64,000 nt of DNA from Verrucomicrobiota bacterium (GTDB taxonomy: Bacteria; Verrucomicrobiota; Kiritimatiellia; RFP12; UBA1067): the NCBI GenBank assembly GCA_023269675.1, contig JAHFSX010000003.1, forward strand, positions 255,018 through 319,017, in the 5' to 3' direction. The translations under genes were made by a program, and so were the position numbers. The notes beneath the pieces were generated by a model, which did not search any database, was not told where the DNA came from, and was given only the letters and a program-made list of their open reading frames with translations. Shown piece after piece: positions 29,369 to 38,529 of this stretch; the first letter of the stretch is position 1, and every line of letters starts with the position of its first letter.

Positions 29369-29976
29369 TACTTCTTCCCGGCGGTCGCGGCGGCTTTATC
29401 AGCCTTGTCCTTCTCGGCCTTGTCCTTGGCTTCTTTGCGGACTTTGGGGTCCACGCCCATGCGCTTCAGGACGTCATCGGTCACTTCCAGCTTAGGGTCG
29501 AAATAGGCCATGGTGGTGCCGTCGAGGATGATGGTGAACTTGCTCTCCTGCGCGTATTTCGAGAGCACGTCGCGGATGTCGCCGGTGACCTGGCGCAGCA
29601 GGCGCGTGTCAAGTTCGCTGAGCTCACGCTGAAGCTTCTGCATTTCCTGGCGCAGGTCGCGGTCCGCCTCGGCCAGCACATCGCGGTGCTTCATGGCCTT
29701 GTCCTCGGCCTCGGATTTCGCCTTGTCGTTCAGCGCCGGATTACGGGCATCCTTCACGGCCTTCTCGTAATCGTCGCGGAGCTGTTCGAAGCGGTCGCGC
29801 TGCTTGTCGAGCTTGGTCTGAAACTCCTTCTCCGTGTCCTGCATCAGCTTGCGGTCGCGCTCACGGCTCGGATGAAAACGGACGAGGTCCACCATGTTGA
29901 CCACGGCGGTCTTCTCCTGGGCCGTCACGAGCGTCGCGGCCATGCAGGCCGCCAAAATCAAACTTGCACATTTCAT
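29368..29976 (-). CDS. skp: OmpH/Skp periplasmic chaperone
   Basis: Start MKCASL after AGGAG; KTAVVNM, coiled coil, EVTDDVL; lies between bamA and lpxD. Confidence 0.88.
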   Translation of the reverse strand: MKCASLILAACMAATLVTAQEKTAVVNMVDLVRFHPSRERDRKLMQDTEKEFQTKLDKQRDRFEQLRDDYEKAVKDARNPALNDKAKSEAEDKAMKHRDVLAEADRDLRQEMQKLQRELSELDTRLLRQVTGDIRDVLSKYAQESKFTIILDGTTMAYFDPKLEVTDDVLKRMGVDPKVRKEAKDKAEKDKADKAAATAGKK

Positions 29977-30000
29977 GAGTATTCTCCTTTTTTTAAACCG

Positions 30001-30053
30001 GGCAGGGACGCCTCTCTGCGGCGTCCGCGGCGCGTTCGGCGAACGCGCCCTGC
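30001..30053. repeat. REP doublet, family B
   Basis: GGCAGGGACGCC..GGCGTCC GC GGCGCGTTC..GAACGCGCCCTGCC. Confidence 0.65.
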
Positions 30054-30083
30054 CCAACAGCCTGCCAACCTAAAGACCTGACC

Positions 30084-32453
30084 TTATTCAAAACCGATCG
30101 CGAACGAGAAGAACTCCTCGTTGGTGGCATCGTCATCCGTAACCACCGGCTTCGCAACGTCGAAGCGGATCGGGAATCCCGGGATATCGATGCGGAGGCC
30201 GACGCCGACCGCCATGCACACGTCGGAAAGCTGGGGGTCAAACGCGTCCTGTCCCAACGAGCCAACGTCCGAGAAGGTGGCGAAGCGCACCGCCTTGAAG
30301 ATCGGGATCGAATACTCGGCCGTGGCGAGCGCGAGGGTCTTTCCGCCAATCGGCGCGTGGCTGTCGCTGCTGCTCGGTTCGCGGTACAGCTTCGGTCCGA
30401 CATCGCGGTATTCGACGCCGCGGATCGTCCGCGGGCCGCCCAGGAAGAGGCTCTCGTAGATCGGCAGCTCGCCGCTGTAGGCGTCCACCGTCTCCATGCG
30501 TCCGCGCAGGCTCAGCACGTGCTTGTACCACGGCATGCGGTACCAGTGACGGTAGTTCGCGCCCATCTTGTAGAACTCGTTGTCGCCGAAAGCGCCCTCG
30601 GAACCCTCCGCGAACACCGTGGTCTGGTAGCCCTTGGTCGGGACGAACGGCTGATCTCGTGTGTCATGCGCCCAGTAGAGCCGCATCACGCTGTTGATCG
30701 CGTCGCCGTAGGTGTCGTCCTGGTACTGGAAGTACTGGTTCGCGTCGCCGTTATACGATTCCGGCGTGGATTCCGACCCATCTTTATTGAACCACTCGCT
30801 CTGGTTCACGTCGTCCATCTGCACCAGCTCCAGGGTGTAGCGCGCGCCGATGCGGCCGACCTTGACCGGGTAGGAGAGCCCCGCCGAAGCGCCGGTGCGG
30901 ATCTCGTCGTACTGGTCAAACCAGCGCATGCGCCGGTAGGCTTCAACCGTCAGAGCCAGGGGGCGGTCCATGAACCAGGGCTCGGTGAGGGAGACCTCCG
31001 CCGTCTGACGCCGCGAACCGGCTTCGAGGCCCAACCGCGCCCGCTGCCCGCCGCCCGTGAAGTTCGGCCAGTTCAGGATGTCGAAGTTGCTCTGGGTCAG
31101 CTCCATGAAGCCCACCAGGCTGTCCACGCTGGAGTAGCCGGCGCCGACCATGAAGTTGCCGGTGCGCTGCTCTTCCACGTCGTACACCAGATCACGCGTG
31201 CCCGGCTGGTTCGCCCCCTCGGTGTAGTGGCGGACATTGGAGAAATAGCCGAGGTTCTTGAGACGGTTCTCGCTGGTCTCGATGCGCACCTCGTTCATGA
31301 TCTCGCCGGGGCTGACCAGGACCTCGCGGCGGATGACCTTGTCTTTGGTCTTGTTGTTGCCGCGGATCACAATGTTGCGGATGTAGACCAGCTCGCCCTC
31401 GCGCACGTCGAACGTGATCGCCATGCGGCCCGGCTTGCCCGGAACCGTCTCTTTAATGGGCTTCACCAGCGTGTCCACGTACCCGCGCGAGCCGTAATAG
31501 TCGCGGATGTCCTTGGCGGCGGCATCGATGCGCTGGCGCCCGGCCACGTCGTTGACCTTCAGACGCGACGCCGACGACGCCTTCACCTCTTGCTCAGGGA
31601 AGAGCTTGACCCCGCGGATCGCCGTGGATTCCACGCTGTACACGTCGCCCTCGGTGACCGCGAAAACCACATCCACCTTGTCTTTGCCGACCTTCTCCAT
31701 GACCGGCGTGGCGACTACGGCGTCCTGAAAACCACGGTCTTTATACACATCCTCGGCCTGCTGGCGGGCATCTTCCAGATCCTGAGCCGAGACCGGCGTG
31801 TCGGTGAACCAGCCGCGCGGGTCATACCACGGGCGCTGCCCGAAGGTGGCGCGCAGGTCTTCGGCCAAGATCGAGGGATTGCCGGTAAAGGTGTAGTTGC
31901 GGATCTTGGCGCGGTCACCCTCGGTCACCGTGAAGATCACGTTCGCGGAACCCGCGCTGCCCTCGATCGGCTGGATCTCCGCACCGATCTTGACGTTCGG
32001 GAAGAATTTCTTCACATACTCGTCGCGGATCTTGCCGGCCTTGGACGACAGGATCGGCTCGTCGATGAAATCGCCGTTCTTGAGTTCGGAGAGTTTGCGG
32101 ATCTTGCTCTCGCTCAGGTAGTCGGCGCCCTTGATGGCCAGCGGCCCCTGAAAACGGTAGCGGCGTTTCACCACAAAAACCACGCGCAGGCCGTCGTCCA
32201 GCTTTTCGATCTCCACGCCCGCATAGCCGAAGCGGCCGGTGTCGAGCAGCGCGCGCACGTCCTTCGAAAGCGCCTCCTGCGAGAGTTCCGTGCCGGCGGT
32301 CACGCTGCAGTACGACAACACGTCTGTGGCGTCGGTGCCGAACTGGTCCAGCACGCGGACCTTCACGTCCTTCACTGTATTGCCCGCGCCCATGACCCAC
32401 CCGGCCGCAAACATCACGACCACCGCTAACGCACGTATCGATCTACGCATCAT
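30084..32453 (-). CDS. bamA: Outer membrane protein assembly factor BamA
   Basis: POTRA repeats (GNNKTKDKVIRRE), LGGPRTIRG, C-terminal FSFAIGFE. Confidence 0.95.
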   Translation of the reverse strand: MMRRSIRALAVVVMFAAGWVMGAGNTVKDVKVRVLDQFGTDATDVLSYCSVTAGTELSQEALSKDVRALLDTGRFGYAGVEIEKLDDGLRVVFVVKRRYRFQGPLAIKGADYLSESKIRKLSELKNGDFIDEPILSSKAGKIRDEYVKKFFPNVKIGAEIQPIEGSAGSANVIFTVTEGDRAKIRNYTFTGNPSILAEDLRATFGQRPWYDPRGWFTDTPVSAQDLEDARQQAEDVYKDRGFQDAVVATPVMEKVGKDKVDVVFAVTEGDVYSVESTAIRGVKLFPEQEVKASSASRLKVNDVAGRQRIDAAAKDIRDYYGSRGYVDTLVKPIKETVPGKPGRMAITFDVREGELVYIRNIVIRGNNKTKDKVIRREVLVSPGEIMNEVRIETSENRLKNLGYFSNVRHYTEGANQPGTRDLVYDVEEQRTGNFMVGAGYSSVDSLVGFMELTQSNFDILNWPNFTGGGQRARLGLEAGSRRQTAEVSLTEPWFMDRPLALTVEAYRRMRWFDQYDEIRTGASAGLSYPVKVGRIGARYTLELVQMDDVNQSEWFNKDGSESTPESYNGDANQYFQYQDDTYGDAINSVMRLYWAHDTRDQPFVPTKGYQTTVFAEGSEGAFGDNEFYKMGANYRHWYRMPWYKHVLSLRGRMETVDAYSGELPIYESLFLGGPRTIRGVEYRDVGPKLYREPSSSDSHAPIGGKTLALATAEYSIPIFKAVRFATFSDVGSLGQDAFDPQLSDVCMAVGVGLRIDIPGFPIRFDVAKPVVTDDDATNEEFFSFAIGFE

Positions 32454-32634
32454 TCCACTCCTCGCTTGTTATGCACGCGAACCAAAACAGCCGACCGCGC
32501 TGCGGAATCACTCCGCGGCGCGTCCGGCATCCGAATAAAAACGCTCCTTAAAATAAGGATTTAAAATTAAACCCTATCCTGTGCCGAAACACAAGCCCGT
32601 ATGTGGACTGAATTGGACGGCAGACGCTGAGATT

Positions 32635-33471
32635 TCAACGCTGATAGGCGCCCGGGTCGAGCGGCGCGATGTCGAAGTCGGGTTTCCAGTTCGGGGAAGC
32701 GCTGTAGAAGCGCATCGCCGTGTTGAAGACCAGATCGGCGATCACGGACTCGCTGTGGCCGTCCTTGCGCATGAAATCGACCACCTTGACGAGCGAAAGC
32801 GGGTCGGAGACGCCCCAGTCCGCCGAGCCGTTGACGATCACCCTCTCCTGGCCGTACTGCTTGACCATCGCCGAGACCCGCTCCGGATTGAGCTTGGAGT
32901 AGGGGTAGACCGTCATGCCCGCGTAGCACCCCGAATCCAGCGTGTGCCGGATGGTCTCCTCGGTGTTGTGGTCCACATCGATGCGCTCGACCGTCAGCCC
33001 CTCGGCCTTGATGATTTCGAAGATCCGCAGCGCGCCCCGCAGCTTGTCGACGTGCGGCAGATGCAGGATCACCGGCATCCGGCGCTCTTCTGCGAGCCGC
33101 AGTTGGCGGATCAGGGCGTGCTCCTCGTTGGGGGTGTTCAGATTGAGCCCGATTTCGCCCATGGCCACGCAGCGGGGATGGTCCAGATACGGCGCCAGCC
33201 CGTCGATCACCTCGTCCGCCAGCACGCGGTCGTCCGCCTCTTTGGGGTTCATCGCGATCGCGCAGAAGTGGTCGATGCCGAAGCGCGCCGCGCGCACGGT
33301 CTCGAACTCCAGGATCAGCCGGAAATAGTCGAAGAACGACCCCGCATAGCGGCGGTTGGCGCCGAGCCAGAACGAGGGTTCCACGCAGGCCCGGATGCCG
33401 GCCCGGTACAGGGCCTGGTACTCGTCCGTCGTGCGCGACAGCATGTGGATGTGCGGTTCAATGATCGTCAT
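32635..33471 (-). CDS. TatD-family metallohydrolase (EboB-like subfamily)
   Basis: PHIHMLSRTTD, EPSFWLG, GEIG, ILHLPH, DHNTEET, NGSADWGVSDPL. Confidence 0.85.
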   Translation of the reverse strand: MTIIEPHIHMLSRTTDEYQALYRAGIRACVEPSFWLGANRRYAGSFFDYFRLILEFETVRAARFGIDHFCAIAMNPKEADDRVLADEVIDGLAPYLDHPRCVAMGEIGLNLNTPNEEHALIRQLRLAEERRMPVILHLPHVDKLRGALRIFEIIKAEGLTVERIDVDHNTEETIRHTLDSGCYAGMTVYPYSKLNPERVSAMVKQYGQERVIVNGSADWGVSDPLSLVKVVDFMRKDGHSESVIADLVFNTAMRFYSASPNWKPDFDIAPLDPGAYQR

Positions 33472-33655
33472 AATCGCCTCTCAAACGGAACGCTCGCGGT
33501 CCCATCCCGTTAAACGCCCCCAGTTAACCACGGGTTCACGCCCGCGTCAACCGTTTCCCCCTGCCGTGCAGGTTTACGCGTTGCGCCATAATGAATGACC
33601 CCTTGATGGGAGCGGGCTCGGGGTTGGGGAGGCCTCGGGTGAAAAGGCGGAGGGG

Positions 33656-33700
33656 TTGCAATTGAGGAACGCATTCAGTACAATTTCAACGTGTCGTTGA
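33656..33700 (+). promoter_or_regulatory. sigma70 promoter and possible operator of the ykgJ-peptide unit
   Basis: TTGCAA-17 bp-TACAAT (33656-33684), followed by palindrome TCAACG-tgt-CGTTGA. Confidence 0.6.
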
Positions 33701-33735
33701 GTGCGCCGCGAATGCTTTAGATCGGATGGGGTGCC

Positions 33736-34377
33736 ATGACCTTGCGCGAACAACATGTGAACCTTGCCCGGGAGACTCCGTACGCCTTTGCGTGTCAGAG
33801 GTGCCTGGGCTGTTGCCGGGCGAAGCGGATTCAGGTGAATCCGTACGAGGTCGGCCGGTTGGCCCGCCCGTTAGGGATCTCGACCACGACGCTCATCCGC
33901 CGGCACACCATGAACGGATCATACCTTAAGTTTAACGCGGAGAACGTCTGCCCGTTCCTCACGGCCGACGGGTGCGGTGTCCACCGTGACCGACCGCTGG
34001 TTTGCCGCCTGTATCCGCTGGGCCGGCATGTCGCCGAGACCGGCGAGGAGTGGTTCACGGAGTTTGAGTCCGAGCCGGGGTGCGCCGGCCTGCGCGGGGC
34101 TGATCAAACCATTCAGTCCTATCTCGAGGAGCAGGGGGCCTTGCCCTTCATGCGGGCCGCGGATCTCTATCTGGCGCTGTACTGGAAGCTGGCGGTGCTG
34201 GTCGAAACGCCGGACGGCGGACACGCGCCGGCGCGCGTGTCCCGCACCTCGTGGGCCGACCTGGATGCGGCCGTCGGCGCCTATTGTCGCGAGACGCACC
34301 GTCCCGTGCCCGCCGCGGACGATGAAAAGATGTTGCTCCATATTCATGCCATCGAAACATGGGCGGAGTCGCCCTGA
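33736..34377 (+). CDS. YkgJ-family cysteine-cluster (CxxCxxCC, FliB-related) Fe-S/Zn protein
   Basis: FACQRCLGCC, CPFL..GCGVHRDRPLVCRLYPLG, EPGCAG. Confidence 0.9.
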   Translation: MTLREQHVNLARETPYAFACQRCLGCCRAKRIQVNPYEVGRLARPLGISTTTLIRRHTMNGSYLKFNAENVCPFLTADGCGVHRDRPLVCRLYPLGRHVAETGEEWFTEFESEPGCAGLRGADQTIQSYLEEQGALPFMRAADLYLALYWKLAVLVETPDGGHAPARVSRTSWADLDAAVGAYCRETHRPVPAADDEKMLLHIHAIETWAESP

Positions 34378-34390
34378 AAGGAAAGAAGCC

Positions 34391-34723
34391 ATGAAATGCA
34401 GGAAAAACCGGGCCATCACACTGGCCACAGCCGCCTCGTTGGGACTTTCGCTCGGCATCGGAGCGGGGAATGCCCTCGCGGCTCAAGCGGATAATCAGAC
34501 GGGAACCTCCGGCACCAACAAGATGTCGCGGCAGATCAAAATGTCGACGCAGGAAAAGATGTCGACGCAGGAAAAGATGTCGACCCAGCGGAATGTCTCT
34601 GACCAGCACAAGGTGTCTGACCAGCACAAGGTGTCCACCCAGCAAAAGGTCTCGGACCAGATCAAGTGGTCAAACCAGCAGAAGCTCTCCAACCAGATTA
34701 AGATGGACATGCCGGACAAGTGA
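34391..34723 (+). CDS. 110-aa secreted peptide with ten K-x-S-x-Q-x hexapeptide repeats
   Basis: RBS AAGGAAAG 13 nt after the ykgJ stop; Sec signal ending ALA; hidden in the 3' part of listed ORF 33977..34723. Confidence 0.85.
   Translation: MKCRKNRAITLATAASLGLSLGIGAGNALAAQADNQTGTSGTNKMSRQIKMSTQEKMSTQEKMSTQRNVSDQHKVSDQHKVSTQQKVSDQIKWSNQQKLSNQIKMDMPDK
34520..34699 (+). repeat. Coding 18-bp tandem repeat x10
   Basis: KMSRQI KMSTQE KMSTQE KMSTQR NVSDQH KVSDQH KVSTQQ KVSDQI KWSNQQ KLSNQI. Confidence 0.95.
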
Positions 34724-34747
34724 GGGCGTCGTTCTCTGGATGAGGTG

Positions 34748-34814
34748 TGGAGGGCGAGCGTCCTCGCGATCCGCGTGGCGGCTGGCCTGCGGCGCGGCCG
34801 GGCCTCGCCCTCCA
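34748..34814. repeat. REP-like palindrome, family A
   Basis: TGGAGGGCGAG...CTCGCCCTCCA, 3' of the peptide gene. Confidence 0.7.
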
Positions 34815-34903
34815 TGGGCTATGAAAAGTGGTGTGCCCCAGGGTTATGGAGCTGCAGGTGGCGTGCGGTTTGTTTAGGGCGGAATTTTTTTTCAAAGGGC
34901 CTC

Positions 34904-34941
34904 TTGACGCTGTTTGGGTAATCTGGTAATTTAATACCCAA
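34904..34941 (+). promoter_or_regulatory. Promoter of the rrf2-hcp operon with overlapping operator
   Basis: TTGACG-17 bp-TAATTT with extended TG; inverted repeat TTGGGTA-N14-TACCCAA at 34914-34941. Confidence 0.65.
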
Positions 34942-34967
34942 TTAAGCGAAAGGTAGGGGTTCACCCA

Positions 34968-35396
34968 ATGCTAGGACTGTTGAATATCTCGGAGGCGATG
35001 TCGATCGCGCTGCACACCTGTGCGTGGCTTGCGGACGACCCGGAGCACTTCAGCTCCGCCCGTACGATTTCCGAGAAGCTGGGCTTTTCGCCCCACCACT
35101 TCGCCAAGGTGGTGCAGCAGCTCACGCGGGCCGGCATTCTCGAGACCGAGCGCGGCCCCGCCGGCGGCGCGCGGCTGGCGCGGCCGCCCGCCGAGATCAC
35201 CCTTCTGGAGATCTACGTCGCCGCGGGCGGCACCCCCACCTACAAGGGATGCCTGCTGAAGCACAACGTCTGCAAAGGTGACGGCTGCGGGCTGGGCAAA
35301 CTGATGGCTAAAGAGAATAAACGTCTGGTCAGCCTGTTGGGGAACGTCACGCTCGACAGCGTCGTCCGCTCGCTGAAGAAGAACCGGGCCGGCTAA
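34968..35396 (+). CDS. Rrf2 family transcriptional regulator, probably Fe-S binding
   Basis: RGPAGGARLARPPAEITLLEI; three C-terminal Cys (CLLKHNVCKGDGC). Confidence 0.92.
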   Translation: MLGLLNISEAMSIALHTCAWLADDPEHFSSARTISEKLGFSPHHFAKVVQQLTRAGILETERGPAGGARLARPPAEITLLEIYVAAGGTPTYKGCLLKHNVCKGDGCGLGKLMAKENKRLVSLLGNVTLDSVVRSLKKNRAG

Positions 35397-35418
35397 CCTG
35401 TTAGGAGAAGCGCACCAT

Positions 35419-36183
35419 ATGAAACGTAACATCATCACCATCGATCCGAACCTCTGCAACGGCTGCGGCCTCTGCATCAGCGCCTGTCACGAAGGGGCGC
35501 TGAAGCTTGTGGACGGCAAGGCCAAACTGGTCGCCGACAGCTATTGCGACGGCCTCGGCGCCTGCCTGCCCGAATGCCCGACCCACGCGATCAGGATCGT
35601 CGAGCGCGAGGCCGATCCGTTCGACGAGGCCGCCGTGGCCGCCAAACAGGCCTCCGAAAAGACGGCCCACGCCGCCCCGGCCCCGGTCGCCGCTCCGGCC
35701 GCCGCCGCGCCGCAACCGCTGGCCTGCGGCTGCCCCGGCAAGATGGCCAAGACCATCGTCCGTCCCCCGGTCACCGCCGAAGCGGGTGCGGAGCCCGCGG
35801 CCGGCACGGCGGTCGCCTCGCGCCTGGTCAACTGGCCTGTGCAGATCAAGCTCGTGCCGGTCAGCGCGCCCTACCTCAAGAACGCCGCGCTGCTGATCGC
35901 GGCCGACTGCACCGCCTTCGCGTATCCCGACATCCACCGCCGCTTCATGACCAACAAGGTCACGCTGATCGGCTGCCCCAAGCTGGACGAGGGCGATTAC
36001 GCGGAGAAGCTCACGGCCATCCTGCAGGCGAACGACATCCGCAGCGTCACGGTGCTCCGCATGGAGGTGCCCTGCTGCGCCGGCATCGCCAACGCCGCCA
36101 AACAGGCCGTGCTCAACTGCGGCAAGATGATCCCGTGGCACGTGGTCACGATCTCAACCGACGGCGCGATCCTGGAAGAGTGA
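35419..36183 (+). CDS. 4Fe-4S ferredoxin-domain protein, hcp-associated type
   Basis: CNGCGLCISACHEGA, CDGLGACLPECP, CGCPG, NWPVQ, AADC, GCPKLD, MEVPCC. Confidence 0.9.
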   Translation: MKRNIITIDPNLCNGCGLCISACHEGALKLVDGKAKLVADSYCDGLGACLPECPTHAIRIVEREADPFDEAAVAAKQASEKTAHAAPAPVAAPAAAAPQPLACGCPGKMAKTIVRPPVTAEAGAEPAAGTAVASRLVNWPVQIKLVPVSAPYLKNAALLIAADCTAFAYPDIHRRFMTNKVTLIGCPKLDEGDYAEKLTAILQANDIRSVTVLRMEVPCCAGIANAAKQAVLNCGKMIPWHVVTISTDGAILEE

Positions 36184-36195
36184 TTTAAGAGGGGA

Positions 36196-36290
36196 TTAGA
36201 CTGTTAGGCTGTTCGGTCGAACGGTCGCGCGACACGTCAGATTAAGAAACGCGGCCTCCAGCCTAACAGTCTAACAACCTAACACCCTAA
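36196..36290. repeat. Inverted 8-mer tandem array
   Basis: TTAGACTG TTAGGCTG ... CAGCCTAA CAGTCTAA CAACCTAA CACCCTAA. Confidence 0.75.
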
Positions 36291-36337
36291 AACCTTTCAC
36301 ACCCATCACACAACCCAACCCAACAAGGAGTAGTATC

Positions 36338-37894
36338 ATGAGCGAGATGTTCTGTTTCCAATGCGAACAAACGGCGGGCGGCAAAGGCTGCACGCACAGC
36401 GGCGTCTGCGGCAAGAAGCCGGCCTCGGCCCGGCTGCAGGATGAGATCACCGCCAACATGGTCACGCTGGCCCGCGCCCTCGACGGCAAACCCGCCTGCC
36501 CGGGCTGCGAGTCGCTCTTCATGGACGCGCTGTTCATGACCGTCACCAACGTCAACTTCGACGACGCGGACCTTGCCGCCATGCGCGACCGCGTCCAGAG
36601 CGCGGTCGTCAAGGCCGGCGGCGCCCCCGCGTACAACCCGGATGACCTCTTCCACGGCAATCAGGACATCGTCTCGCTGCGCTCCACCCTGCTCTTCGGC
36701 CTGCGCGGCATGGCGGCCTACGCTCACCATGCCCGCGTGCTGGGCAAGACCGATCCCGAAGTCTCGGGCTGGCTGGTCAAAGGCATGAAGGCCGTGGGCG
36801 ACGACCACAGCGTCGAAGCGTGGATCGGCCTGATCATGGAGTTCGGCATGATCAACCTGAAGTGCATGGGGCTGCTCGACGCCGCCAACACCGAGACCTA
36901 CGGCCACCCGGTGCCGACCACGGTCTCGACCAACCGCTACAAAGGCCCCTTCGTCGTCATCACCGGCCACGACCTGCACGACCTTAAGATGCTGCTGGAG
37001 CAGACCGAGGGCAAGGGCGTCGACGTCTACACCCACGGCGAGATGCTGCCCGCGTGCGCCTATCCGGAGCTCAAGAAGTACACCCAGCTCAAGGGCAACT
37101 TCGGCACCGCGTGGCAGAACCAGCAGAAGGAGTTCGACGGCCTGCCCGGCGTCGTGCTCTTCACCACGAACTGCATCATGCCGCCCAAGCCCTCCTACAC
37201 CGCCAACCTCTACACCACGGCGGAAGTCGGCTGGCCCGGCGTCACGCATATCGCCGCGGATGCTGCCGGCAAGAAGGACTTCTCCGCCCTGATCGCCCAC
37301 GCGATCAAGCTCGGCGGCTGGCAGGCCGAGACCCAGGGCGGCGCCCCGCTGATGACCGGCTTCGCCCGCAACGCGGTCATGTCCGTGGCCGACACGGTGG
37401 TCGGCGCGGTCAAGTCCGGCGCGATCAAGCACATCTTCCTGGTGGGCGGCTGCGACGGCGCCAAGCTCGGACGCGACTATTACACGGAGTTCGTGGAGAA
37501 GGCCCCGAAAGACACGGTCATCCTGACGCTGGCCTGCGGCAAGTTCCGCTTCAACCACCTGCAGTCCAAGCTGGGCGACATCGGCGGCATCCCGCGCCTG
37601 CTCGACATGGGCCAGTGCAACGACGCCTACTCGGCCATCCAGGTGGCGGTCACGCTCGCCAAGGTGTTCAACTGCGGCGTCAATGAACTGCCCCTCACGC
37701 TCATCCTCTCCTGGTATGAGCAGAAGGCGGTCTGCATCCTGCTGACGCTGCTGGCGCTCGGGATCAAGAACATCCGCATCGGGCCCAGCCTGCCCGCGTT
37801 CCTCTCGCCCACCGTGCTGAACGTGCTGGTCGAGAAGTTCGGCCTCACGCCCATCACGACGGCGGAAGCGGACCTCAAGACGATTCTCGGGTAG
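36338..37894 (+). CDS. hcp: Hybrid cluster protein (hydroxylamine/NO reductase)
   Basis: MFCFQCEQ..GC..GVCGK, GHDLHDL, YTHGEMLP, TTNC, GGCDG, GQCNDAYS, SWYEQKAV. Confidence 0.97.
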   Translation: MSEMFCFQCEQTAGGKGCTHSGVCGKKPASARLQDEITANMVTLARALDGKPACPGCESLFMDALFMTVTNVNFDDADLAAMRDRVQSAVVKAGGAPAYNPDDLFHGNQDIVSLRSTLLFGLRGMAAYAHHARVLGKTDPEVSGWLVKGMKAVGDDHSVEAWIGLIMEFGMINLKCMGLLDAANTETYGHPVPTTVSTNRYKGPFVVITGHDLHDLKMLLEQTEGKGVDVYTHGEMLPACAYPELKKYTQLKGNFGTAWQNQQKEFDGLPGVVLFTTNCIMPPKPSYTANLYTTAEVGWPGVTHIAADAAGKKDFSALIAHAIKLGGWQAETQGGAPLMTGFARNAVMSVADTVVGAVKSGAIKHIFLVGGCDGAKLGRDYYTEFVEKAPKDTVILTLACGKFRFNHLQSKLGDIGGIPRLLDMGQCNDAYSAIQVAVTLAKVFNCGVNELPLTLILSWYEQKAVCILLTLLALGIKNIRIGPSLPAFLSPTVLNVLVEKFGLTPITTAEADLKTILG

Positions 37895-38145
37895 CTGGCA
37901 AAACCGACCGCGCCCGGGGGGCGCGGGCTCTCCGGGCACGCTCCCCGCGGCCGGTTTTTTGCAAGAGTCTCAAAATAAAATATACGTCTCATCCTTTACG
38001 GCGCGCTCCTCACCGGGCGCGCCGGTTTCGTTTTCTGAACCATCCTGCCGCGCCCGGAGGACGCGGGCCGCCTGGTTGGCGCGGGCTCGCCGAGCACGCC
38101 TAAAGGAGTCGCTGGGTGATTAAGCGCACGGCCGCATGGACGATG

Positions 38146-38262
38146 TTGAGTGCGCGGACCTGGCCGCGCTTTCCGGGCGGGTGCCTGAACCCGCCCGCGT
38201 CGCCCGCGTCGCACGCGGCGGGCAGCGCCGGAGAAAAAGCGCCCGGAGCCGGGCGCACTCAA
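38146..38262. repeat. REP-like inverted pair, family C
   Basis: TTGAGTGCGCGG..CCGCGCTTT ... AAAGCGCCCGG..CCGGGCGCACTCAA. Confidence 0.6.
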
Positions 38263-38529
38263 AGCCGCGCCGTCAACCTGTGCGCGTCCCTGTTCTCTTC
38301 CGGGTTTCCCACACAGGGTTGAAATCGAACGCAAGATGCGGAGAGCGTTGTGTGTCTGGCCAGTGTCCCAAGGAACAAGCCGTGGTATTCACACGGCCGG
38401 GATGATGTCCCAAATGGAAAACGCTGGACGTTCCAGCGGGCGGGGGTATAGGCTCTCTCTTCAAAGTCATGGGCGGGGCGTTTCGCGCGGAAAGCGGGCG
38501 CGGCGGCCTGCCAGGGGAGGGAATACGGC

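Noticed and set aside
33977..34390. N-terminal 138 aa of listed ORF 33977..34723
   Set aside because: Overlaps ykgJ in another frame; the RBS and signal peptide place the real start at 34391.
34520..34699. 18-bp repeat as a CRISPR array
   Set aside because: No spacers, in-frame with codon-position variation, and no cas genes.
38270..38520. Possible riboswitch or ncRNA upstream of the PQQ-propeller gene
   Set aside because: No recognisable aptamer consensus; only a weak TGTCCCAA direct repeat (38364, 38406).
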